From NCBI GenBank assembly GCA_951406725.2, contig OX597827.1:59768001-59832000 (forward strand): DNA of 64,000 bases, given 5' to 3'. The notes under the pieces are model-generated. The model did no database searches. It had not been told where the DNA came from and saw only the letters and a program-made list of their open reading frames with translations. The translations under genes were made by a program, and so were the position numbers. This document shows positions 28,115 to 42,727 of the stretch, in pieces (the first letter of the stretch is position 1; every line of letters begins with the position of its first letter). This DNA comes from Octopus vulgaris. Its lineage: Eukaryota.

Positions 28115-30450
28115 ATAATAGACTAGTCATATTGGTCTGAAATTATGGAACAAGGCCAACAGTTTGGAAGGGAGTGGGCTAGTCGATTACATCGGCACCA
28201 GTACTCAACTGGTACTTTTTTCAGCGACCCCGAAAGGGTAAAAGGCAAAGTCAACCTCGGTGGAATTTGAACGAAGACCGTAAAAACATACGAAATGCCG
28301 CTAAGCATATCGCCTGGTGGGCTAACGGTTCTGCCAGCTTGCCGCCTTAATTAAACTAGACATATTAAACATCTGTTTGTTAAGTAGGTAGACACAGGAA
28401 TGCTGGCGTTTACGTTTCAATCAGCGGTAACAACACATTTATAAGAAGTTAGAAAAGAGATTGCTTAGTGTACATTTTTAAATCAAGGATGTTAGACTAG
28501 GCATATGAAACATCATATTTATAAAACGGCAGAAATGAGAATGTGTGGTGTTCATGTTTGAGCGAACGATGTTAAACTTGACATGAAACATCCTATTTAT
28601 AAGGAGACAGAGACGGAGATGTGTGGCGTTCATGCTAATATCAACGAAGTTAGACTAAACATATCAACGTAGTCGAATGTATAAGACGGCAGAAACGAGA
28701 TTGCGTGCCATTCATGTTTCAAATCAACGCTGTTAGGACTTGACATATTAAAGGCTTTAGTTATTCGTAAGAAGTCAGGAACATGAATATGTGTTTTGCA
28801 TTAATTTATAGCGAGATGGAAACAAAAATGTTAAACATATTGATTACAAATTTTGGCACAAGGCCAATGATTTCAGGAGAATATATATGTCAATTACATC
28901 GACTCTAGTGTTCAACTGGTACTTAATTTATAGACTCTGAAAAGATAAAAGGTAAAGTCGACATCGACAACATTTGAACCCAGAAGGTAAAGTCGGAAGA
29001 AATGTCGCTAATCATTTTTCGCTGGTGCGGTAACGATTCTGCCAGCCCGCCGCCTATGTTTAATTAAGCGTATTAAACATCAAATTTATTAAGTAGATAG
29101 AATCGGAGAATCTGTGACGTTCATGTTTAAACGGATATTGTTAGAAGAGACAGATAAATGATCATATAAAAGAATGTAGAATTGGGAGCGTGGGGCGTTC
29201 ATTTTGAAATCAAGGATTTTTTACTAATCACATGCTTGAAATTTGGGGGGATAGTCAATTAAATCCATCGCAGTGCTGAACTGGTACTTACCGTGTTTTC
29301 GGGTATAGAAGGTGAGCGAACAAATTAGGCGCACTGGCATATAAGGCGCACTCCAATTTTTGCAGGTTTAATCTGCTCCCTACACCCAAAGATTGTAGGT
29401 AACCCCGAATACCCTAGCTGAATGTCTCACGCATTCTCATGTATAGGAACCGTGAAAATTTAGGCTGAAGTCCTTCGGTAAGGTATTATGGTAGGCTAAA
29501 TTACAATATTTACCTTAACAATTCCAAATTTCACCACTGGCCTCCTCCGTCACTAGTATTGTCCATCGTTAATAACACTAACCATATCTACCCAAAGTCT
29601 GACCCGCAGCTGATAAGGCGTAGGGTGACTTTTAGGGGGAATTTTTTTTGGAAAAAAAGTGCGCCTTATATGCCAGAAAATACGGTATTTTTACCAAACC
29701 TTAGAGGTTGAAAGGCAAAGTCGACCACGGCAGCATTTGAATTCAGACCGTAAAACCGGAAAAAGTACCCCAAAGCATTTTGCTCGGCATGTTTCTGTCA
29801 GTTCATCGCCTTGATGTTAGACTAGTCATATAAGATATCATGTGTATTCAGTAAGTAGAGAAGAGAAATGAATGGTGTTCATGTTAAAAAAAAAAAAAAA
29901 TCAATGTTAGGCTAGTCATATAAAAGGTCATATTTATAAGATTGAAACGAGAATGGATGGCGTTCATTTTTAAATCAAGGATGTTAGACCAGACTTATAA
30001 AATGCATTTTATTCAGGTTACAAAAAAATAAAGAATAATTTACTTTATGGCTCAATCCGAGTATGTAGGATAGCTCCTATGACCTTATTGCAGAGTTTCT
30101 GAAGGGGCTGATGGTGGTAGCAGTAATGGTGGGGTAGGAATCAACCGCGACTGATGCGGTGTCCTCAAACCAGTGACCTTGTCCAAAATGCCTGCAACAA
30201 AGTAGATAGCATCTCTTGAAGACGCTGTAACCATTTATGTCTAAATCAAGCTTTAATTTTAATTTATTTATTCGTTTATCTATTTTATTTATTCACTTAT
30301 TTATTTATTTGTATATTATTTTATTTACATATTTATTTATTTATTTATTTATTTATTTATTACAGTTGAACGTATAAAACATTGCAATTATATGAAAGAA
30401 AACAAAACAAAATCTACCGAGGTTATGTGGCGTTCATACTTATGTCAAGG
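28115..30450. repeat. Old, diverged ~80-bp tandem repeat (~11-12 units) interrupted by three family B SINEs
   Basis: Recurring consensus GATGTTAGACTAGnCATATnAAnnTCATATTTATAAG...AGAAAnGAGAATGnnTGGCGTTCATGTTTnAATCAA near 28350, 28430, 28490, 28570, 28650, 28730, 29070, 29140, 29815, 29905, 29980 and 30415. Confidence 0.8.
29291..29685. mobile_element. Tc1/mariner-superfamily MITE inserted in a SINE
   Basis: TA|CCGTGTTTTC...GAAAATACGG|TA ends. Subterminal ctggcatataaggcgcact is inverted at 29659-29676. The SINE resumes after the TA duplication. Confidence 0.85.
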
Positions 30451-30775
30451 GCATTTAGCAGCGTAAACGAAGCGAATGATGTTACCTTTTAATAAATTTA
30501 CTCACGTTCTGATGTTTGCGTGTATGTGTATTCCAGGGAGATGGGGGGTTGTATTGTGTGAGGGCAGGGGTGTAATTAGGGCACCTCGTTTCCATAATTC
30601 TTCTTTCGGTCGTATGTCCCTTCCAATTAATTTCTTCATTAAAAGAACTTACTGAACTCGTATTCGACTTCCTTTCGTCCCCGCTCTTTTTGTTTGTTTT
30701 TTCATGTACGACTAAATGGGCATTTGTGTGTGTATATGTGTATGCGTCTTTATGTATATATATATTTGCATATAC

Positions 30776-30809
<34 letters not shown>

Positions 30810-31026
30810 TGTATGTATGTATGTATGTATGTATGTATGTATGTATGTATGTATGTATGTATGTATGTATGTATGTATGTATGTATGTATGTATGTATAT
30901 GTGTGTGTTTGTGTGTGTGAGAGAGTATATTTATGTATAAATGTGTATGTATGGTGTATGCAGTATATCCCTGTGTGTGTCTGGATATATGTATGTATGT
31001 TTTGGGCCTGTATGTGTGTGTATTAC

Positions 31027-31067
<41 letters not shown>

Positions 31068-31370
31068 CCCGTGGCCTAGTGGATAGTATATATATGTGTC
31101 TATATATATAGGGATGGTATTATGAAAATACTATCACAAGTGGTAAGCGAATTATTAGCCGTACAGGCAAATTAATAAAATATATACATACAATGATAGC
31201 CACACAGGGCTGAACAGAGAGGGGACAAATTACAAAGTAGAGCTTTTCTTTTTGGTGAAAAAAAAATTTTTTAATAAATTTTTTTTAAAAATTAAAAATA
31301 AAAAATAAAAATAATAAATGGGAGGTGTAGGTTTTCGATCAAAAGGGATCGTAAAATAAGAAAGAGAAAA

Positions 31371-31469
<99 letters not shown>

Positions 31470-32847
31470 TAGATGTATATCTAAATGCATTAGCGGTTCG
31501 GTAAAAGATCCCAATAGAATAAATACCAGGCCTTAAAAAAATACTATTGGGCTGAATCGTTCGATTAAAATCCTTTAAGGTGATGTTCCAGCATGGCCAT
31601 AGCCAAATGACTGAAATTCTTAAAAGAATGAAAACATCTATCACAGACAATATCAACACTGCACAACAAACGCAAACACCACCAAACTAAGTATTGATAA
31701 TCTATAGTTTGTGACTTAAATATGAGAATATAGCACTGCTAACATATAGTATGTTATGGTTGCCAAACGAAATTCTGTGTCCTTGTTAGTAATTAATATC
31801 TGCGTAACAGCTGCCAAGAATGTGTTTAATATGTAATTCGGTTTATCCAATAGTTACACCTCTAAATTTCTTGGGTACTTAAGCAATGCGTTCGTGGATA
31901 GTTGATGGTTTGGATGTGGTTCTGATGAAAGAGCAATAACTCTTGAAATGTGCATATACAACCATTACCTATTCGATCGCATTGTTTCTGTTGATGCATT
32001 CGTATATGAAATGTTATAACTTTCAGTACTGACTCTGACTTCTATAGGAAGTCTATGGTCTGATGTTTAGAAACAACGACTAGACAATGCCAAAACCACC
32101 ATCATATTGAACATTTCATTTACTGTCCGCAAAAAACCTTATTTGCCGCAGCGAACACTACTGTTTACTCTGCCTCGATTTCAAACCACTCCTCCGCCCT
32201 GCTTCGGGCCAAATTCCACCCGACCAATCAATGCACCCTCACTTCTGTCATCCTCTCTCTCTCTCACCCCTACCCCCACCCCTGCCTTCAGTCGCTCTCT
32301 ACTCAATCCCACTACCCTCCATCACCAGATCCACCATCACCACCACCAACAACAACAACAACCACAACAGCCACAAAAAACAACATCAATAATACCATGG
32401 AACCTTGTTACACCTTCTATTCTACTTGCTACCCGCCATCGAAAAACCTAGTGTAGTTACGTGCTAAATTGAAAACAGAGACAACGATAAAACGTGGCGG
32501 CGTTGGTGTGATGGTGACGGATGTACTGGTGGTGGTGGTGGAGACAGTGGTAGTGGTGGTGGTGGTTGATATAGTAAATGGTCTGTCTTGTGAATAAGGA
32601 AAGCATGTGTCGGCGGTGTTGATATTGGTAGTGTGGCGGTGGTGGCTGTGGTTGCGGTAGTATCAATGGTTGTATTCGCGGTGGTGGTTGTGATAGTGCT
32701 AGCAGTGGTAGTTGATTAATGGTTGTGATGGTGGTGGTGGTAGTACTAAAAGTGCTGAAAGTTATAGTGCTGGTGGTGATGGTGATGGTGATGGTGGTGG
32801 TGGTGGTGGTTGTAGTGGTGTTCGTAGCTGTGATGGTGTTGTTGTTG

Positions 32848-32879
<32 letters not shown>

Positions 32880-33409
32880 GGTGGTGGTGGTGGTGGTGGT
32901 GGTGGTGGTGGTGGCGGCGGTGGCGGCGGCGGCGGCGGTGTAGGGGTAGATAAATCACAAGTCCAAAAAACGGAAGTCACTGAAAAGAAAAAAAACGAAA
33001 TGAAAAAGAAACAAAATGAAACAAAATCCCAAATAAGATTAATAAAAAAAAAAAAACAAGAAAGAAAAGAAAACCTATCCAAACGAAATAAAAGGAGATT
33101 CAACGTTAATTAAAATTAATTACTCAGTTCTCCAGTTACTTGATTTCAGTGGAATTACCGAAATTCCTTCGCATGAACACTTGGTAATTGATTTGAAGGA
33201 ATGAAGTAAAATATCCTACCAAAGTGTACGGCACCAACGCATTCTAATCTACACCACACCTCATCACATCCTATCGTATTTTGTCGTTTTATCTCCTATC
33301 TTTTACATGCTTCAGACATCGAACTTAACGGCCATGCTGGGACTACCGCCTTCGAAGGGTTTAGTCGTAGAAATCAATCCGGTTATATATGTTTCTCGGT
33401 TCTCTTTCT

Positions 33410-34192
33410 TATTTCTTTATTGCCCACAAGGGGCTAAACATAGAGGGGGCAAAGAAGGACAGACAAAGGGATTAAGTCGATTACATCGACTTCAGTGCGT
33501 AACTGGTACTTAATTTATCGACCCCGAAAGGATGAAAGGCAAAGTCGACCTCGGCGGAATTTGAACTCAGAAAGTAAAGACAAGACGAAATACCTATTTC
33601 TTTACTACCCACAAGGGGCTAAACATAGAGGTGGCAAAGAAGGACAGATAAAGGGATTAAGTCGATTACGTCGACTTCAGTGCGTAACTGGTACTCAATT
33701 CATCGATCCCGAAAGGATGAAAGGCAAAGTCGACCTCGGCGGAATTTGAACTCAGAAAGTAAAGACAAGACGAAATACTTATTTCTTTACTACCCACAAG
33801 GGGCTAAACACAGAGGGGACAAACAAGGACAGACAAACGGATTAAGTCGATTATATCAACCCCAGTGCGTAACTGGTACTCAATTTATCGACCCCGAAAG
33901 GATGAAAGGCAAAGTCGACCTCGGCGGAATTTGAACTCAGAAAGTAAAGACAAGACGAAATACCTATTTCTTTATTACCCACAAGGGGCTAAACACAGAG
34001 GGGACAAACGAGGACAGACAAACGGATTAAGTCGATTATATCAACCCCAGTGCGTAACTGGTACTCAATTTATCGACCCCGAAAGGATGGAAGGCAAAGT
34101 CGACCTCGGCGGAATTTGAACTCAGAACTTAAAGACAAGACGAAGTACTGCTAAGCATTTCACCCGGTGTGCTAACGTTTCTGCCAGCTTGT
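33410..34192 (-). repeat. Head-to-tail array of four 185-bp family B SINE units
   Basis: Unit starts at ~33410, 33595, 33780 and 33965. Only the last unit continues into the tRNA head (to ~34192). Confidence 0.95.
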
Positions 34193-34469
34193 CCCCGAAC
34201 CACTAGGCTACGGGGGTGAGGGGAAAAACCAACATCCGTAGTCAAGTGTTGGTGGTGATGAGAGTGAGGGGGGGGGGGGGCGGTAAACTGAAATGCGGAT
34301 GCATGCACACGTACAGCTCTAGGCAGTATGTCTACAGTTGGTTGTGTGTGTATGTGCGTGTTTTTGTAAAATAACGCAATGAAGTGCTCCCTGATGATCT
34401 GTTGTAGTTAAGCATCCAATTGAACTTCGAACATTTAATGCAGAGTTCCAAACAACATCCATCCATACA

Positions 34470-34800
34470 TACATACATCCATCCAACGGTTACGACGACA
34501 AGGGTCCCAGCTGATACTGATCAACGGAACAGCTTGCTCGTGATATTAACCTGCAAGTGGCTGAGCATTTCACAGACACTTGTACCCTTAGCGTAGTTCT
34601 CAGAGGGAGCCAGCATGGAACAGTGTGACAAGACTGGCCTTTGAAATACAGGTACTACTCATTTTTGCCAGCTGAGTGGACTGGAGCAACGTGAAATAAA
34701 GTGTCTTGCTCAAGGACATAACGCGTCGCCGAGAATTGAACTCGCGACCTTAAGATCGTGAGCAGAATGCCCTAACCACTAATCCACGCGCCTTCACATG
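34470..34800 (-). mobile_element. Family C SINE
   Basis: Reverse complement of the head and core at 20438-20590. Confidence 0.85.
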
Positions 34801-34826
34801 CATATATACATATATGTGTGTGTGTG

Positions 34827-34891
<65 letters not shown>

Positions 34892-36499
34892 TATGTATAT
34901 ATATATATTCTCTCTCACTCTCTCTCTCTCTTTCTCTCTCACACACGCACTCACACACGCACTCACTCACACACTCACATACACATTAATATGTACGCTT
35001 GTATTTCCTGAGCGTCCAATAACACTATACTCGTTCCACGTCCTCGCGTTGTTGTGTTTTCATATTTGGATTAACTATATATATATATATATATATATAT
35101 GCGATGCGCTTCTTTCAGTGTCAGTCCATCAAATTCACTCACAAGACTGTGGTTGGAACTCATCCAAGGTGCTACGCAGTGGGATGGAAGCCGGAGTCAT
35201 GTGGTTGGGAAGCAAGCTTCTTATCACAGATCCGTGTCCTTCATACTTTGGCACAAGACCAGCAATTTTGTAGGGAGGGGTAATTCAATTACATCAACCT
35301 CAATCTTCATTCGGTATTCATTTTATCAGCCTTGAAAGGATGAAAAAAAAAAAAAAAAAAAAAGCAGAGTCGACTTCAGCAGCGTTTGAACTCAAAATAG
35401 AAAGAACCGGGAAAATAGTAAAAGCTAAGTATTTTTGTCAGGTGCGGTAACAATTCCACCACCTCGCTGCTTTAATCACATCATAGCATATTAAAACACA
35501 CTACACCACGCTGTACACTTATCATGCTCCTTACATGTTACATCAGATCACGCCTTACATGTGTCCATGACCGTCTTGTACCTTCAGACAAAAATCCTGT
35601 TCTGTTTTATTTAATGGCATGTCCAACTTCGAAAATTCTTGAAATTATCTCCCATTTTTAAGTCCAATTCTATCAACTTACCATTTGCTAATTCATTTGG
35701 GAATCTTCTAGAGGCGAAGATAATTATAATTAATCAATAATTTATGTTGTATAGTATTTGATATACCAGTATATGCGTATATGTATATGTATACACACAC
35801 TTACATATACAGAGAGAGAGACAGAGAGAAAGAGAGAGAAAGAGAGAGTTAGACAGACAGATAGACAGACAGAGAGAAAGAGAGACCTATTCATTGTTGA
35901 TAGGCCTGTTACTGTAGTATTTGTCCTGAGATAAAATCCTTCATGAGCATACTGTGTTAAAGCACAATATATATCAGGGGGAGACGAAAATTCATTCCAG
36001 CAGCGACCAGTGAGAACACCAGATGCATTTCTGCCTTTTTTAATACATTTTCAATGGTGCGAATCGCAGCCAGCCTCTTGCTCAGATGAAAATTCGCCAT
36101 CTCTGATATAGGAAAGTCTGAATAAAATATTCACTCTTTTTGCGAAGAGCCGTCTCAGCTGAATAAAAAAAAAACAGTATATGTAATCGGAGCGGTATTA
36201 AATTAAAATAGCCATCTATTTATCAGACTTAATATGTACACGCTGTTGATGCTCATAAGAGATGTTATTTCAGAGCAAATACCGCAGTAACTGGCCTATC
36301 AACTGTGTATACACATCAAGTATTATACATACCTAAACGGTTGTTTTAATTTAATGTAGCATCAAGCTTCTTTTCAAATCTCTTGTCCAGTGTGCATGCT
36401 GAGGAGCCATAAGGAAGTACTGATCCAGCGTCTACTTCGAAAAGAACTCCATGTTGTCGGAAATGGAGAACTTCCATAAAATTCTGTGTCTGTCTTGAG

Positions 36500-36775
36500 C
36501 AGAAGCTCTCAACCAGAGTCCATATTACCTTTGGGGGTCCTATAAGATTTTGTTGTTAAAATTTTTGTGCAAAAAATTACGTATACAATACACAAGTATT
36601 TTTGTGCAAAAAATTACGTATACAATACACAAAGTATTTCAACTTTCTTTTGTGGTAGAACTCCTAATATTTAATTTTTAAAATGCTGTAGGATTTTTTG
36701 TATGTACATCAAATGCCTATGGAGGTCCAGTAGACTTAAATAGGAATCGAAGGCAAAGAATGGTCGAAACCACTG
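36500..36775. mobile_element. Decayed hAT-like non-autonomous element
   Basis: CAGaagCTCTCAACC... and ...GGTCGAAACCACTG ends with degenerate 8-bp flanks gtcttgag/gtctaaaa. Contains an internal ~37-bp direct duplication. Confidence 0.5.
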
Positions 36776-36879
36776 GTCTAAAAGTATTCCATGCTTTTGC
36801 AATTCTTACCTGGATATCTTTTTATTGCTGAAGTAATATTACTTGCACGGTCGATAAATTCATCAATCATCTTCAGATT

Positions 36880-37240
36880 GGTGCCATTCAGAGCAGAATA
36901 CTGGTGCCATTCATGCATTTTTCAAATTTACTTTCCTCAGCAGCTGCTTCCTACAAAGCAGTAATTGTACGGCGGTCTTCCTACCATCACCGAAGTAATG
37001 AGAGAAAGAGTACGTTATGTAGGACACTGCGGGAGAATCAAGGATAAATTATCCAGCGATATCCTTCTCTGGAAACCCACGCAATGGCACAGAAGTGTAG
37101 GCGGAGACCAAGAAGAGTTATATGTCGATCAACTTCTTGTGGCCGACATTGGATATCAGGCTGAGGATATGATGACTACCATGGAAGATCGAGTGGCGCA
37201 GAATACATGCATTGGTCCGGGTACGTCACCGACCGGATAC
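36880..37240 (+). pseudogene. RTE-clade LINE 3' fragment
   Basis: LYGGLPTITEVMRERVRYVGHCGR...DILLWKP...YVDQL...MEDR matches the RTE C-terminal R(F/W)xGHxxR ... LLWxP ... DR pattern. Confidence 0.8.
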
Positions 37241-37384
37241 CTATAGATAGACATATAGACAGATTAATTCAATACAACCTCAATCGTGTATACCGGATAT
37301 ATATATATATATATATATATGCATGTATGTATATATATATATGTATGTATGTATATATATATGTACACACACACATATATATAT

Positions 37385-37437
<53 letters not shown>

Positions 37438-38324
37438 CACATATGTATACATGCACATGTAAATACGTGTATATGTATACATATATGTCCATCTATACAT
37501 ACATTCATAAATAAATAAGTAAATATTTATGTGTGTACGTATGTGTATACACACACACACACATATTTATATATAACCATTTGTAAGACATTAAAAGCCC
37601 ACGTAATTAATTTGATGCCTGCGTTTATATTTATTTAACTAATTACTGAGTATTTTGTTTTCGTTTTCGTTTTCGTCAGACTCCTACACCATTTGCAATT
37701 TAGGATTGGTTAAATTACTTTCATGCAATAACTCTGTTGATGGTGACAACGATGGGTGATGAGCAGTAGAGAGTCTGAATCGGTAGCGCAACGGACCGTG
37801 GATATGGTGTAGGCTTTCGTTATGTCTCCTTCATGTTCCCATTATGAAATCTCGCCGATCTTTGGTCAACTTTCTCTTTCATCCATGCAGGGGTCGATCA
37901 AATACAAGCAACTCAAGTACTGGCGAGGATTGGTTTAGCCAGCCAGCTAGCCAACCAGCCTCCCCCTCTTCTTCCTCCTCCTTTCTCCTCCTCCTTCTCC
38001 TCCTCCTCCTCCCGTTGAACTGTTAGAAATCTATTTAGTCTGTTGGAAACTTAATACGGAAATCAATGTTATTTCTTTCTCCCATTTTTTTTTTTTTTTG
38101 ACATTGCATTAAGGTCTTAAAACCCTAATGAGAAGGAGAAGGCGATATTGAGACTATTAAATGGTTTTCCTACCTTCACAGACCACCTACACGCTATTTT
38201 ACAACTATATTTTGTAGGGAAAAAACAATTTTAATATAATTCATTTTTTCTTTTCCGAAATGGTGAAACTCGAAAAAGTCGAAGCAATGAATAATGTAGT
38301 ATTTATTTAATATGTTTCATATAT

Positions 38325-38833
38325 ATTTCTTTGCTACCCACAAGGGGCTAAACATAGAGGGGACAAACAAGGACAGACAAAGGGATTAAGTCGATTACAT
38401 CGACCCAGTGCGAAACTGGTACTTTATTTATCGATCCCGAGAGGATGAAAAGCAAAGTCGACCTCGGCGGAATTTGAACTCAGAACGTAACGACAGACGA
38501 AATACCGCTAAGCATTTCGCCCGGCGCGCTAACGTTTCTGCCAGCTCGAAAGGTATTTTCAAGTGGCTTCGTAGGGAAAAATGTATGATTCTGTGCATGT
38601 AAATACAATGCTGCAGGAATATTCTCTTATTCTCTTACATGTTTCAGTCATTTGACTGCGCCTATGCTGGAGCACCGCCTTAAAAGGTTCTTTAGTCAAA
38701 GAAATCGACCCAAGGACTTATTCTTTGTAAGCCTAGTACTTATTCTATCGGTCTCTTTGGCCGAACCGCTATGTTACGGGGACGTAAATACACCAGCATC
38801 GGTTGTCAAGTGATGTTGTGGGGACAAACACAG

Positions 38834-38906
<73 letters not shown>

Positions 38907-39660
38907 CGACGGGCTTCTTTCAGTTTCCGTCAACCAAATCCACTCTCAAGCCTTTGGTCGGCCCGAGACTATAGTAGAAGACACTTGCCTAAAGTGCCAT
39001 GCAGTGGGACTGAACCCGGTACCATGTGGTTATTAAGCAAGCTACTTACCACACAGCCACTCCTGCGTCTTCTTTACATTTTGGGTTCAAATGCTGCCGT
39101 AGTCATCCCAGCCTGTTAACTTTCCAAGATCTAAAAAATAAAATGCCGCTCATGTACTGGGGGTCAATGGTGTCGACTAAACCCCTCCTCTCAAATCAGC
39201 TGGCTTTGAGCCTAAATTAGAAACCATTTAAAATGGTGAGCTGATTGAATCGTTTGAGTGAAGATAAAATGTCTTGAGATATTTCTTCTGGCTGCTTACG
39301 TTCTGAGTTCAAATACCACCCAAGTCAAACCTTCCTTTCATCCTCCTGGAGTCAATAACTCAAAGTACCAGTCAAGTACTGGGGTCAATCAACTGCCTTC
39401 TCTTCAAAATTGCTGCTGTTGCACCAATGGATGAGGAAAATTATTATTGCGCTGGAGAAAATACCTTGCGGTATTTATTCCAGCTCGTTACGTCCCATTT
39501 CAGAACCCAAGATCAATTTTCAACGTTGCTTTCATCTTTTCGGGGCCGATAAAATAAAATGCCGGCAAAATGCTGGGGTGGAAGGTATCAACTTACCCCC
39601 TTGCCCCAAATTTCTGTCCTTCTTCCTTTTTTCAGAAACCATTATTATTGCTCTCCTACT
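38325..39660. mobile_element. SINE cluster: family B (-, 38325-38548), family A (-, 38630-39067) and three decayed family B copies (+)
   Basis: Direct similarity to the other copies in the window. Confidence 0.85.
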
Positions 39661-40837
39661 TTTCAACACTTGTAAATCTCAATTGGGTTCAGATAGGAAA
39701 TGGTAATATTGATACGCAAATCATTTCCTACAGGACTTTAATAAAGCACTCACACGCACACAAATACACACACGCACACACATGCACATACACACACATG
39801 CACGCACGCGCGCACACACACACGCGCGCACACACACACACATACTTACACATGCATGCACACACACTCACATACGCACATACGTGCACACACATACACA
39901 CAAAACAAATAAAAAAAACATCAGGGATTGTTTGTAAGCTATTTCGTTGTATCATCTTACGTGCATTTCATTAACAAAAACATTTTTGGTTACATAACGT
40001 AAATTACATAATCAAAATGCATTGTTACTTCTTCAGATATGTATAACTTATATACATAACATCACTGGATTAATGGCACAAATTACCATCATGAGAATTG
40101 CAACAAACTAATAAGTACATATATAATGATCTAACTACTGATGAAAAAAAAACAGAAGAAAAGAAACCATGTTCTTTAGAATTAAGGTATTTGCCACATT
40201 TGTTCTGCACTCATTTATAGACATATATAGCCCTTTGCCTAGCCTGTGTATCAAGACAGATTTCCTAAGCGCCAATGCAATATACATGATGCAAATTCTC
40301 ATTTTATTTTCAACCACCAAAATAACTTGGAACTTATGGAGGGGAAAACATTTTATATTACTCAGAATGTATGAAACAATGATGAAACTAAAAATCTGAA
40401 AACAAGAATAGACTGGTAAACTTATGAAAATGTTTTGGACAGGCAGAGCGCTAATGAACTAAATATTTGTCTTTTGGAAACATGTAAATCACGAAGATAT
40501 AGTTCACTTATTGCAATTTTAAAAGAAATATTTCTGTGCGCTGAACTGAGGGAAATTTACTGAAGTAATCCACAGGAGTGGCTGTGGTAAGAAACTTGCT
40601 TCCTGACCATGTGGCTCCTGGTTCAGTCCCACCGCATCGCACCTTGAGCAAGTGTTTTCTACTATATCCCTGGGCCGACCAAGACCTTCTGAATGGATTT
40701 GGTAGACGGAAACTGAAAGAAGCGCGTCGTATATATATATACGTTGAACACAATAAGAAACGAAAGCATAAAAAAAACATAGAAACAAGACATACAACAT
40801 AAAGAATATTCCTCTTCTTCAGTTGTCCCTGTTTCAT

Positions 40838-40891
<54 letters not shown>

Positions 40892-40983
40892 ACACATATA
40901 TATATATATATATACATATATATACGACGGGCCTCTTTCAGTTTTCGTCTACGAAATCCACTCACAAAGCTTTTATATATATA

Positions 40984-41290
40984 GAGGCGCAATGACCTAG
41001 TGGTTAGGGCAGCGGACTCGCGGTCGGAGGATCGCGGTTTCGATTCCCAGACCGGGCGTTGTGAGTGTTTATTGAGCGAAAACACCTAAAAGCTCCACGA
41101 CGCTGCGGCAGGGGGTGGTGATCCCTGCTGTACTCTTTCACCACTCTTTCTCTCACTCTTTCTTCTGTTGGCCTTCTCGCTTAGCCAGCGGGGTGGCGTC
41201 ATTCGAAGGCTAAAACAATGCGAACGCATTGTGACCAGCGATGTGTAACAACATCTGATGGTCTGGTCGGTCACGTGATCATGTGATATG
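40984..41290 (+). mobile_element. tRNA-derived SINE (family D)
   Basis: gaggcgcaaTGACCTAGTGGttagggcagcggactcgcggtcggaggatcgcGGTTTCGATTCCc shows A and B boxes followed by a non-tRNA body. CpGs are retained, suggesting a young copy. Confidence 0.8.
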
Positions 41291-41500
41291 AATGAATATA
41301 TATATATATACATATATAGGGAGAGTCCACGAAAAAAACAAAAGACGAAGACAGGCGGTGTACAAAACAAACAGATGTAGTAGTATAACGCTCAGGTTAG
41401 AAAAAGTCTTTTACGTTTCAAGCCTACGCTCTTCTACAGAAAGGGACACAGAAAAAACAAGGAAAGGAAAGAAAAAAACGTGTGTAGTGGCTAACGATCT

Positions 41501-41550
<50 letters not shown>

Positions 41551-42000
41551 TATCTATGTGTGTGTGTGCGTATGTGTGTGTATTTGTCCCCTTCACCGAC
41601 GGTGTTAGTGTGTTTACGTCCCCGTAACTTAGCGGTTCGGCAAAAGAGAACGATAAAATAAGTACTAGGCTTACAAAGGATAAGTCCTGGAGTCGACCTC
41701 CTCGACTGAGACCCTTTGAGGTGGTGCTCCAGCATGGTACAATCACATGACTGAAACGTGTAAAAGAAAGCTAGTTTATTCATTCGTTCTTTCTACGCAG
41801 TCGTAAAACAGTTGGTTCTCATAAGTTTCACCGTTTTTCATAAGGTTTAATTACATGCAAGTTAATTTAATACATGTGCACAATTTAAAATATTTCAGAC
41901 TCATTAGTAAATTAATTAAGATGTGCGCTCGCGCGCACACACACACACACGTACTAAGGCATATATTTAACAAGAAATCTTTCATACACACACACACACT

Positions 42001-42064
<64 letters not shown>

Positions 42065-42344
42065 CATGCATGCATACTTAGATATATATATATATATATA
42101 CGCATGTATGTGTGTATATAAATGTATTAGTATCACATTCACAAACATACGCATATATATATATATAGTCATGTATATGCTTAAATATACATCTGTGACT
42201 GCATACATAAACACACACCCATCCCCTACGCATAAACATTATTTGTATAGGAATGTGAAAATCAATATCTATATAAATATCCGTAATGATTATGTGAGCT
42301 TACTCTCCCATGCATATCTATGAGTGTGTAAAATAGTTCACACA

Positions 42345-42429
<85 letters not shown>

Positions 42430-42727
42430 CATATATGTGGTTTCCGGGTGTCCTAAATTACAGTTGATCTACAACAGCGAAGAGTGAAACTTAATATTCC
42501 CAACCAACTTTCGTCTTACAAATATTGCTTCTTCAAATTGATGTGTGAGAGCTAATATCAGGAATTATTGAGAATCACACGCGTCCAAACCAGAACAATT
42601 ACAGAGAAAACTGTGAGCTAATGGCTAATGGTCCATGTGGTCGTTAAACTCGCTAGACATAGCATCTATTTTTCTCTAAAATCACTGCCTATTGTCTTTA
42701 AAAATGGAAGTACATGTATATATACAG

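Noticed and set aside
33495-34119. Three repeated 84-aa ORFs
   Set aside because: They are antisense readings of the tandem SINE units and start at GTG.
40984-41060. tRNA gene candidates here and at 20438
   Set aside because: A and B boxes are present, but there is no proper acceptor stem or poly-T terminator and the sequence continues into SINE bodies.
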